A stretch of DNA of 44,868 nt from an uncultured Candidatus Saccharibacteria bacterium (lineage in GTDB: Bacteria > Patescibacteriota > Minisyncoccia > Phycocordibacterales > Phycocordibacteraceae), in contig CAZQGQ010000004.1 in assembly GCA_964593365.1 (NCBI GenBank), positions 1-44,868 of the forward strand, read 5' to 3'. Below, one piece after another: positions 1 to 6,486 of this stretch. Position 1 is the first letter of the stretch, and each line of letters opens with the position of its first letter. The notes beneath the pieces were generated by a model that searched no databases, was not told the DNA's origin, and saw only the letters and a program-made list of their open reading frames with translations. The translations under genes were made by a program, and so were the position numbers.

Positions 1-59
1 CTTGAACCCCCGACCTTCTCAGTGTAAATGAGTTGCTCTACCAACTGAGCTAAGCGCGC
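1..59 (-). tRNA. tRNA-Val(TAC), 3' end cut by window edge
   Basis: Reverse complement GCGCGCT-TA-GCTCAGTTGGTAGAGC (D arm), anticodon loop TT-TAC-AC, T loop GGTTCAAG at the edge. Confidence 0.9.
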
Positions 60-99
60 TTACAGAGCTACCATAACTGAAATAGTGTATTTTTGAAAG

Positions 100-375
100 A
101 TGGAGCGTCTTGAAGCGATCGTATACGGACGGGTACAGGGTGTTATGTACCGCGATTTCACCTGCCGAAAGGCGAGGGGCCTGCGCCTTACGGGTGCTGT
201 GCAAAATCTCCCGGACGGCACGGTGAGAGTGGTCGCAGAAGGGAAGCGGGGAGATCTCGAACAGCTCCTTTCGCGCCTTAATCACGGGCCCTTGTTTGCG
301 AACGTTGAGCGCGTTGATTCTACCTGGAGCAAAGCGACCGGAGACCTCGGTTCCTTTGCCATTTGCTATAAGTGA
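100..375 (+). CDS. acyP: Acylphosphatase
   Basis: GRVQGVMYR and GAVQNLPDGTV motifs, 91 aa. Confidence 0.92.
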   Translation: MERLEAIVYGRVQGVMYRDFTCRKARGLRLTGAVQNLPDGTVRVVAEGKRGDLEQLLSRLNHGPLFANVERVDSTWSKATGDLGSFAICYK

Positions 376-389
376 CATAGGGTAGCTCT

Positions 390-1130
390 ATGGACCTCCC
401 GATCATCTACGAAGACGACCAGCTCGTCGCAGTGAACAAGCCCTCCGGCGTCATGACGCACGGGGATGGGCGAACCAAGGAAGAAACGGCAAGCGACTGG
501 TTTGCAAAAAAATATCCGGACAGCAAGGACGTTGGAGAGACGCAGCGGCTTCCAGACGGAAGCGAGCTTGCGCGCCCAGGCATCGTGCACCGGCTTGATC
601 GGGAAACCTCAGGCGTCCTTGTCTTTGCGAAAACTGCTGAAGCGCATGCGTTTTTGAAAGAAGCTTTCCATAACCGACAGGCAAAGAAAACGTATCTCGC
701 GTTTGTATACGGCGTTCCGAAAGAGAAGAAGGGAACGATTGATTTTTCGATCGGGCGGTCGCGCCAGGATTTTCGCCTCCGTTCCGCGCAACCGAAAGCA
801 AAAGGGATACTTCGCGACGCGATCACGCGCTATGAGGTCATCGCAGACGACGGCAAGCACTCGCTATTGAAAGTGATGCCAGAGACCGGCCGTACCCACC
901 AGATCCGCGTGCACCTGAAAGCGATACACCATCCCGTCGTCTGCGACCCTCTGTATGCTCCAAAGCGCGACTGCACCCTCGGGTTTAAGCGGCTTGGCCT
1001 TCATGCGTATCGCCTGGAGCTCCCGCTCCCATCAGGCAAAACGCTCGCCCTTGAGGCTCCCGTTCCTGAGGATTTGCTGCAGGGACTAAGCTCATTCCCG
1101 GGTAAAGAAGCGCTTATTGCCTCGACATAA
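390..1130 (+). CDS. RluA/RluD-family RNA pseudouridine synthase
   Basis: VNKPSG, HRLDRETSG (catalytic Asp), TGRTHQIRVH, LHAYRL motifs. Confidence 0.93.
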   Translation: MDLPIIYEDDQLVAVNKPSGVMTHGDGRTKEETASDWFAKKYPDSKDVGETQRLPDGSELARPGIVHRLDRETSGVLVFAKTAEAHAFLKEAFHNRQAKKTYLAFVYGVPKEKKGTIDFSIGRSRQDFRLRSAQPKAKGILRDAITRYEVIADDGKHSLLKVMPETGRTHQIRVHLKAIHHPVVCDPLYAPKRDCTLGFKRLGLHAYRLELPLPSGKTLALEAPVPEDLLQGLSSFPGKEALIAST

Positions 1131-1156
1131 GAGGCGTGTTAGAGTTCCCCCACGTT

Positions 1157-1651
1157 ATGGAAGTCATCACTCCCGTTAAGGTAGAGGAGCGCCAAAAGAT
1201 CGGTATAAAGCCCGGGGATACTGTCCGTGTCCACCAGAAGATCGTTGAAAAGGGAAAGACCCGCACGCAGGTCTTCGAAGGACTTGTCCTTGCAACCAAG
1301 CACGGCTCTGAGGCAGGTGCTACGTTCACGGTCCGTGCGACCCTCTCTGGCATTGGCGTTGAACGTATCTTCCCCCTCTATGCTCCGTTCATCGAGAAGA
1401 TTGAGATCGTAAAGCGCTCGAAAGTCCGCCGCGCAAAGCTCTACTTCATCCGCGATAAGGTTGCCCGCGAGGTACGCCGCCAGCTCCGCAACATGCGCAT
1501 GATGAACGTCTCAACCGACGACTTTGCCGAAAAGGAAGTGCCTGCAGAGGCTCCTGAGGAAGTCGTCGCAGAAGAAGTCGTTGAAACTCCGGTAGTAGCA
1601 GAAGAGGCAGCAGCTCCTGCAGAGGAGACCGAAGAAGTGAAGGCTGCCTAG
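1157..1651 (+). CDS. rplS: 50S ribosomal protein L19 with acidic C-terminal extension
   Basis: PGDTVRVH, QVFEG, GVERIFP, KVRRAKLYFIR; ATG at 1157 preferred over 1136. Confidence 0.95.
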   Translation: MEVITPVKVEERQKIGIKPGDTVRVHQKIVEKGKTRTQVFEGLVLATKHGSEAGATFTVRATLSGIGVERIFPLYAPFIEKIEIVKRSKVRRAKLYFIRDKVAREVRRQLRNMRMMNVSTDDFAEKEVPAEAPEEVVAEEVVETPVVAEEAAAPAEETEEVKAA

Positions 1652-1693
1652 TTTGTAAAACGCTCGATCGGTCGGTATAGTACGCACACACCT

Positions 1694-1778
1694 GCCCAGG
1701 TGTTGAAATTGGTAGACAAGCTACCTTGAGGTGGTAGTGCCGAAAGGCATGGAGGTTCGAGTCCTCTCCTGGGCACCA
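1694..1778 (+). tRNA. tRNA-Leu(GAG)
   Basis: Acceptor GCCCAGG/CCTGGGC-A-CCA, anticodon arm CTACC-TTGAGGT-GGTAG, long variable arm, GGTTCGAGTCC. Confidence 0.96.
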
Positions 1779-1788
1779 TTTGGCGAAA

Positions 1789-1831
1789 GAAAATAAGAGG
1801 ACCCCACGCGACATCACGAAGCGTAGGGCCC
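1789..1831 (-). terminator. Terminal hairpin/terminator of the Trp unit
   Basis: Minus strand GGGCCCTACGC-TTCGTGATGTC-GCGTGGGGTCC followed by TCTTATTTT. Confidence 0.7.
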
Positions 1832-1866
1832 AATAGTTATTGCCTGTTCAGGCTAGTGCCAACTGC

Positions 1867-1875
1867 TTACCACAT
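1867..1875 (-). CDS. Two-codon minigene Met-Trp-stop
   Basis: Minus strand AAGGGAG-7 nt-ATG TGG TAA GC, downstream of a Trp attenuator; positional twin of ATG CAC TAA GC at 2749-2757. Confidence 0.65.
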   Translation of the reverse strand: MW

Positions 1876-1916
1876 AGTTGGTCTCCCTTCATAAGGCTGG
1901 TCTGTAAGGTAGACGC

Positions 1917-1995
1917 AAAACCCCTCCGTAAGGAGGGGGTTGGCTTTATGCGTGGTTCAGGCATCAAGACAATCCTCTCCTTAGGAGGGGATGGT
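1917..1995 (-). promoter_or_regulatory. Transcription attenuator (Trp-responsive)
   Basis: Segment 1 1995-1984, segment 2 1980-1961, segment 3 1951-1932 (16 of 20 positions pair with segment 2); terminator AACCCCCTCC-TTAC-GGAGGGGTTTT 1941-1917. Confidence 0.8.
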
Positions 1996-2052
1996 CCAGG
2001 CCCACATGCCAAAACGCGCGGCAGAAATGGAAGCGGTGGCGTTTCGATTCAT
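1981..2052 (-). CDS. Trp leader peptide MNRNATASISAARFGMWAWTIPS (23 aa)
   Basis: ATG 7 nt after a -10 box; TGG-GCC-TGG directly before attenuator segment 1; stop codon directly before segment 2. Confidence 0.75.
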   Translation of the reverse strand: MNRNATASISAARFGMWAWTIPS

Positions 2053-2059
2053 TAGTACT

Positions 2060-2087
2060 ACCCTAGCAATTCCAGTAGAGTCGTCAA
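2060..2087 (-). promoter_or_regulatory. Sigma70-type promoter of the Trp unit
   Basis: TTGACG-16 nt-TAGGGT with extended TGn. Confidence 0.65.
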
Positions 2088-2124
2088 GCCACAGCGAATA
2101 GCCCAAAACTGCTATAGTTTGCGT

Positions 2125-2682
2125 ATGACGAGCAGCATTCAAGACAAGATAGCCCTCTTCGAGCGTGTATTGGCTGAAGTCCCCGAACTTCGCTATGCAG
2201 GCGATCCCATCCTTCGAACGCCAGCAAAAAGCGTGGCCTTGGAAGAAGGTCTTTTGATAGGGAAGCGGCTGGAAGAGGTACTGCTTCGCTTCCGTGCGAT
2301 TACTGGCGTTGGACGAGGGCTTGCAGCTCCGCAAATTGGAGAAGGTGCTTCTGTTTTTATTACGTACGTAGATGACACGGTTGAGACATTCATCAATCCC
2401 CGCATCGTTTCGACATCTGACACGAACAATATGTACAAAGAGCTTTGCATGAGCGTTGGCATTCTTGCAGCTGAAGTTGAGCGGGCAGAGGAAATACAGA
2501 TGGAGTGGACGGACGCTGAAGGGAACTCGCGCTCTGGGACTTTCAGTGGTTTTCTTGCGCGCCTCTATCAGCACGAGGAAGCCCATTTGCAGGGTCGTTT
2601 GAATATAGACGAGGCTACGCCAGGGGGAATTGAGTTTGCCACCTTTGACCCGCTCCAGGAAAAATTGCGACCGGTGAAATAA
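2125..2682 (+). CDS. def: Peptide deformylase (divergent motifs)
   Basis: GRGLAAPQIG, FINPRI, ELCMS (canonical EGCLS), QHEEAHLQG (HExxH); ATG 6 nt after TG-C-TATAGT. Confidence 0.88.
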   Translation: MTSSIQDKIALFERVLAEVPELRYAGDPILRTPAKSVALEEGLLIGKRLEEVLLRFRAITGVGRGLAAPQIGEGASVFITYVDDTVETFINPRIVSTSDTNNMYKELCMSVGILAAEVERAEEIQMEWTDAEGNSRSGTFSGFLARLYQHEEAHLQGRLNIDEATPGGIEFATFDPLQEKLRPVK

Positions 2683-2723
2683 AAGAAGCCCACGCAACGA
2701 CTAACGAAGTCGCGTGGGCTTCT
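2679..2723 (-). terminator. Terminal hairpin/terminator of the His unit
   Basis: Minus strand AGAAGCCCACGC...GCGTGGGCTTCT followed by TTTATTT; may also terminate def on the plus strand. Confidence 0.75.
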
Positions 2724-2748
2724 GGCTCATTGAGCTTGGCGGTTTAGC

Positions 2749-2757
2749 TTAGTGCAT
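2749..2757 (-). CDS. Two-codon minigene Met-His-stop
   Basis: Minus strand GGAGG-5 nt-ATG CAC TAA GC, downstream of a His attenuator. Confidence 0.65.
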   Translation of the reverse strand: MH

Positions 2758-2803
2758 TGTCGCCTCCACTTTCGGGCCTTCCGTTTTATGGATTAACGAA
2801 TTG

Positions 2804-2898
2804 AACCCCTCGTCACTTGCGTGAGGAGGGGGCTATCTTCATGACACTCATCAAGACAATCCTCTCCGCGCGCGTGACGCCGGATGGTGCAGTTTATG
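2804..2898 (-). promoter_or_regulatory. Transcription attenuator (His-responsive) overlapping the 3' end of the repressor gene
   Basis: His codons at 2898-2896 and 2889-2884; segment 2 2867-2848 (19 nt identical to the Trp unit); segment 3 2844-2825; hairpin 2834-2804 with a GCAA loop and a weak U tract. Confidence 0.72.
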
Positions 2899-3162
2899 CA
2901 TCATCATTTTGTAACCGCCTTCTCCTTCCTGGAGCCACTTCGATACGCGAGCAACGGTCGTTGAGCTAAAGCCCGTTTTCTTCTCGATCTCGGTGTAGGG
3001 AACGTGCTTTGAAAGGAGCTCTGCCGTCTGGAAGCGCTTAGCGAACTCCGTGATCTCGCCTTCGGTCATAAGGTCGCGCAAAAAGCGTCGAACCTCATCC
3101 GGAGTTTCAAGGGCGAGCAGGGACTCGATAAGGCGGCGGTTTTCTTTCAAGGTCCAATTCAT
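2851..3162 (-). CDS. YerC/YecD (HisR), TrpR-like DNA-binding repressor with His-rich C-terminus
   Basis: FLRDLMTEGE...YTEIEKKTGFSSTTVARVSKWL..G.GGY matches the YerC/TrpR-related pattern; tail MMMHKLHHPASRARRGLS. Confidence 0.88.
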   Translation of the reverse strand: MNWTLKENRRLIESLLALETPDEVRRFLRDLMTEGEITEFAKRFQTAELLSKHVPYTEIEKKTGFSSTTVARVSKWLQEGEGGYKMMMHKLHHPASRARRGLS

Positions 3163-3169
3163 CAAGAGG

Positions 3170-3199
3170 CACTTTACTAGGGTAAAGTGAGCGTGTCAA
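3170..3199 (-). promoter_or_regulatory. Promoter TTGACA-17-TAAAGT with overlapping 20-bp palindromic operator
   Basis: -35 at 3199-3194, -10 at 3176-3171; palindrome CACTTTAC-TAGG-GTAAAGTG at 3170-3189. Confidence 0.85.
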
Positions 3200-3244
3200 G
3201 CTGTCTTCCGGACCCTCTGTATTCGTGATATAACCACAACACAT

Positions 3245-3321
3245 GGCGGCCTTAGCTCAGCTGGTAGAGCTCCGGTTTGTGGTACCGGCGGTCGTGGGTT
3301 CGAGCCCCACAGGTCGCCCCA
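3245..3321 (+). tRNA. tRNA-His(GTG)
   Basis: G-1 followed by GCGGCCT acceptor pairing with AGGTCGC-C-CCA; anticodon arm CCGGT-TTGTGGT-ACCGG. Confidence 0.96.
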
Positions 3322-3322
3322 T

Positions 3323-3706
3323 ATGAAATCATTCATAGAAGAGTTCCGAACATTCGCGCTTCGCGGCAACGCGCTAGATCTTGCCGTGGGCGTTGTCATA
3401 GGTGCCGCCTTCAACAGCATCGTCACTTCGCTTGTCACGAACGTACTCACTCCTCCCTTGGGGCTCATGATCGGGGGCGTTAATTTCAGTGAGCTTGTCA
3501 TACCTATCGGCGGAACAGCGAGCATCCAGTACGGGCTCTTCGTGCAGGCGATCGTGAGCTTCGTCATCACCGCGTTCGCTCTCTTCCTCCTCATCAAGCT
3601 CATCAATAAGTTCCTTCGCAAAGCTAATACCGAGCCGCAGGCGCCCGCCCCTAAGTCCCCAGAGCTTCTGGTGCTTGAGGAGATCCGGGACGAGCTGAAG
3701 AAATAA
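3323..3706 (+). CDS. mscL: Large-conductance mechanosensitive channel
   Basis: EFRTFALRGNALDLAVGVVIGAAF, YGLF, LEEIRDEL. Confidence 0.96.
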   Translation: MKSFIEEFRTFALRGNALDLAVGVVIGAAFNSIVTSLVTNVLTPPLGLMIGGVNFSELVIPIGGTASIQYGLFVQAIVSFVITAFALFLLIKLINKFLRKANTEPQAPAPKSPELLVLEEIRDELKK

Positions 3707-3724
3707 CGAGGTATACTTTTCTCT

Positions 3725-4384
3725 ATGAAAACACTTGCCGCAGGCGTCGTCCTTATTCTCTTGCTCGGGTTCGCCGGATTCTTTTATCGAAACGTTGCGG
3801 AGCAGACCGCTACTCCCCAGATGGCCTGCACGCTTGAGGCGAAGATCTGCCCAGACGGCTCCTCCGTCGGGCGCACAGGTCCTTCGTGCGAGTTTGCTGC
3901 CTGCCCGCTTCCTGGCGTTGAACTGCAAGATGCAGGCCTGGCGTTCGTTATCCCAGCTGACTACGCTCCAGACAACGCTGCTCCTGGCGCAGACCTAGCT
4001 ACCCTCGCTTCGTTCGTAAAGCCTTCGCTTACCGGAGGCGTGCCCCACGTGATTAGCGTTAGCCGCTACCAGATTCCGGAAGGGGAGACGGCAGAGGATG
4101 TCATGCTCGCACATACTCGCTACCAGCCAGCTGATATGCAGGCGGAAGACTTTGAACGCTTCGAGACCGTTCTCATTAACGGAAAGGAATTTAAAGGCAC
4201 CGTCATCGAGCGTTTTGAAGCGCAGATCCAGAGCGCGTACTACCTTGCACGCGGAGCAGACGTCCTTCGTTTTGATGTTATCGAGCACGACGTCGTTGAT
4301 TGGATGGAGCCAGCGCTTGAAGTCAGCAAGCTTCCCGAGCACGCGGCTTTCCTGAAGATGCTCGGAACGATCGAGCTTCGCTAG
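3725..4384 (+). CDS. Membrane-anchored exported protein with Cys-rich motif
   Basis: N-terminal hydrophobic helix, then CTLEAKICPDGSSVGRTGPSCEFAACP. Confidence 0.7.
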   Translation: MKTLAAGVVLILLLGFAGFFYRNVAEQTATPQMACTLEAKICPDGSSVGRTGPSCEFAACPLPGVELQDAGLAFVIPADYAPDNAAPGADLATLASFVKPSLTGGVPHVISVSRYQIPEGETAEDVMLAHTRYQPADMQAEDFERFETVLINGKEFKGTVIERFEAQIQSAYYLARGADVLRFDVIEHDVVDWMEPALEVSKLPEHAAFLKMLGTIELR

Positions 4385-5143
4385 TTACTCAAGCACAAGA
4401 AGTGCGACCATCACGAGAAGCCCAACGCCAAGGGCAAGAAGCTGAAGCGCCGAGTGGCGGACACGCGTCGTTTTATGCAGTTCAGGCACCAGGTCGGCAA
4501 GTGCGATGTAGATAAAGTTTCCAGCTGCGAATGCCGCGATAAGCGGGATGAGCATCTCGTGTATTCCGGCGAGCATGAAGGCAAGCCCGAGCCCTACGAA
4601 AGCAGTGAGTCCCGATAGGAAGTTCACGAAGAGCGCCTTTGCGCGCGAGTAGCCTGCGTGCAGCAAGAGTCCGAAGTCGCCGATTTCCTGCGGGATCTCA
4701 TGGAGCGCGATTGCAAGCGTGGTTGCGATACCGACTTCGGTCGAGACCATGAATGCGGCCCCGATAGCCATACCGTCGATAAGATTGTGCATGCCGTCAG
4801 AGACAAGCACGAGGTGTCCGACCGGATGGATCTGCGCGTGTTCGGGAGAGAACTCCTCATCGCCGTGGCTGTGGTGCCAGTGGAGGAATTTCTCAAGCAC
4901 GAAGAAGCTGAAGATTCCCGCAAGGATAAGAAGCGACACCAGAAGAGGATTGCCGGTCTCCTCAAACGCTTCTGGGATGAGGTGGATGAATGCGTCTCCA
5001 AGCAGGGCGCCTGCTGCAAGCGAGATGAGGAGGAAAAGTATCCGGCGAAGCAAGTTCTCCTTGAGAGAAAGGGTTGCGATACCGATAAGCGATACGAGGC
5101 TTATGGCAAGAACGGCGAGGGCGCCTGCTGCAAAGGGAGTCAT
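4385..5143 (-). CDS. ZIP-family zinc/metal transporter
   Basis: HLIPEA, His-rich loop HWHHSH, DGMHNLIDG, LHEIPQEIGDF. Confidence 0.93.
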   Translation of the reverse strand: MTPFAAGALAVLAISLVSLIGIATLSLKENLLRRILFLLISLAAGALLGDAFIHLIPEAFEETGNPLLVSLLILAGIFSFFVLEKFLHWHHSHGDEEFSPEHAQIHPVGHLVLVSDGMHNLIDGMAIGAAFMVSTEVGIATTLAIALHEIPQEIGDFGLLLHAGYSRAKALFVNFLSGLTAFVGLGLAFMLAGIHEMLIPLIAAFAAGNFIYIALADLVPELHKTTRVRHSALQLLALGVGLLVMVALLVLE

Positions 5144-5249
5144 GCAAGCGAGTATAGCGCACTGAAGAAATATTGGTTTTTGGCTCCTGCACGGCCAAAA
5201 AAGGCCATATGATATACTTTTTCTACATTACTTAATCACCTTTATATCT

Positions 5250-6062
5250 ATGAATGAGACTTGGCAGGAAACAATCGTGCGTATCAGCAAGCCAGTGCGC
5301 TACAGCGCAGCAGCGGCGCTCTCGCTTCTCGCACTCTTCCTCTTGGTGCAGACCTTGGACGCATTGACGGACTTCGGACGCTCTGACAATCCGTACATGA
5401 ACACGATTACGGTTGAAGGAACCGGCAAGGCCGCTTCAATCCCGAATCTTGCTGTCGTCTCGTTCTCAGTGACTGAGCGCGGAACAACTGTTGCTGAAGC
5501 TCAGACCAAGGCAACGGGCAAGACCGACGCAGCGCTCGCTGCAGTTGAAGGAATGGGCATTGAAGAAAAGGACGTGAAGACGACTGCATACAACGTGTAT
5601 CCGCAGTACGAGAACATCCAGCCCTGCTACGGCATGGTCTGCCCTGAGATCGCTCGCAACCCGCGCATCATCGGCTACGAAGTCTCGCAGACGGTAGAGG
5701 TAAAGGTCCGCGACACCGCGAAGGCAGGAGACGTGCTTCAGGCACTCGGTACGTTGAATGTGCAGAACATCTCAGGACCGAACTTCACGGTTGATGAGGA
5801 TGACGCTATTCGAAACGCCGCTCGCGAAGAGGCAATCGAACAGGCTAAAGCAAAGGCAAAGGTGCTCGCCGACGAGCTTGGCGTTCGACTTGGAAAGGTC
5901 ATCTCGTTCTACGAGAACAACCAGTACCCGTATTACGAAGAGGGCTTCAACGGGGCTAAGGGAGGTATGGCGATGGACGCTATGGCGCAATCAGCTCCTC
6001 GTCTTCCAGCAGGAGAGCAGGAGACCGAGATCTCTGTCTCGATCACCTACGAGATCCGCTAA
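5250..6062 (+). CDS. SIMPL/DUF541 domain protein
   Basis: ITVEGTGKA..PNLA, AKAKAKVLADELGVRLG, VSITYEI; N-terminal membrane anchor. Confidence 0.88.
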   Translation: MNETWQETIVRISKPVRYSAAAALSLLALFLLVQTLDALTDFGRSDNPYMNTITVEGTGKAASIPNLAVVSFSVTERGTTVAEAQTKATGKTDAALAAVEGMGIEEKDVKTTAYNVYPQYENIQPCYGMVCPEIARNPRIIGYEVSQTVEVKVRDTAKAGDVLQALGTLNVQNISGPNFTVDEDDAIRNAAREEAIEQAKAKAKVLADELGVRLGKVISFYENNQYPYYEEGFNGAKGGMAMDAMAQSAPRLPAGEQETEISVSITYEIR

Positions 6063-6075
6063 GGATCTAGGCGCT

Positions 6076-6106
6076 AAACGGGCGGGTCTTTTGGCCCGCC
6101 CGTTTT
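6076..6106 (+). terminator. Intrinsic terminator
   Basis: AAACGGGCGGGTC-TTTT-GGCCCGCCCGTTTT. Confidence 0.85.
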
Positions 6107-6180
6107 CGTTTGTGGAAAACTCTACGTGCCGTATCATATGACTTTGGAGCAGTTCTCGCTTCGCTTTTGTGGGGGATCCC

Positions 6181-6486
6181 ATGGATCACCTTATGAAAAT
6201 CGGTCACACGTATCGACTCGTTCCTATCTCTAGCGGTTACGCGATACATCACGAAGACGGCAACGGCAGCCCGCTTCAGGTTCCTCCTTTCCAGGGGGAA
6301 CTCCGGATAAAACTCTGGGGACTACCCGACGCAATTACCAAGCGTTGGGGTCTTGAAACGGAAGCAGTCGAAGCCGCCTTAATTCGAGAGCCACCCGAGA
6401 AATTTCTTCGGATCCGGCTCCCGAACGGGAAGCTCCCGCTTCTGGAACTATTCGCCGACCCGCACGTTAAGATCGAGCTTATGTGA
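6181..6486 (+). CDS. Hypothetical protein (start uncertain)
   Basis: About 100-aa ORF filling the gap, preceded by a TATCAT box and followed by hairpin GGCGCAGTC/GACTGCGCC. Confidence 0.5.
   Translation: MDHLMKIGHTYRLVPISSGYAIHHEDGNGSPLQVPPFQGELRIKLWGLPDAITKRWGLETEAVEAALIREPPEKFLRIRLPNGKLPLLELFADPHVKIELM

Noticed and set aside
1848-1892. 14-aa ORF MKGDQLCGKQLALA overlapping the Met-Trp minigene
   Set aside because: It has no SD and no counterpart in the His unit; the SD-led ATG-TGG-TAA has an exact twin.
1790-1990. ZTP (pfl) riboswitch or T-box interpretation of the structured region
   Set aside because: No consensus aptamer or T-box motif was seen; the leader peptide plus alternative stems fit a ribosome-mediated attenuator better.
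2054-2073. Possible second repressor operator in the Trp-unit promoter
   Set aside because: It shares the TACCCTAG core but only 10 of 20 positions with the 3170 palindrome and is not symmetric.
1981-2697. 238-aa minus-strand ORF antisense to def
   Set aside because: It is the shadow of def; only its last 23 codons, behind their own promoter, make sense as the Trp leader.
2813-2850. ORF starting at the TGATG overlap after the repressor, with GGAGAGG as a possible SD
   Set aside because: The short peptide is not similar to its counterpart in the Trp unit, and the sequence is fully explained as attenuator stems. Reinitiation cannot be excluded.
1962-2867. 19-nt direct repeat as an att site, target-site duplication or CRISPR repeat
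   Set aside because: There are only two copies, no integrase or cas gene, no match to the tRNA ends, and the repeat is the antiterminator arm in both units.
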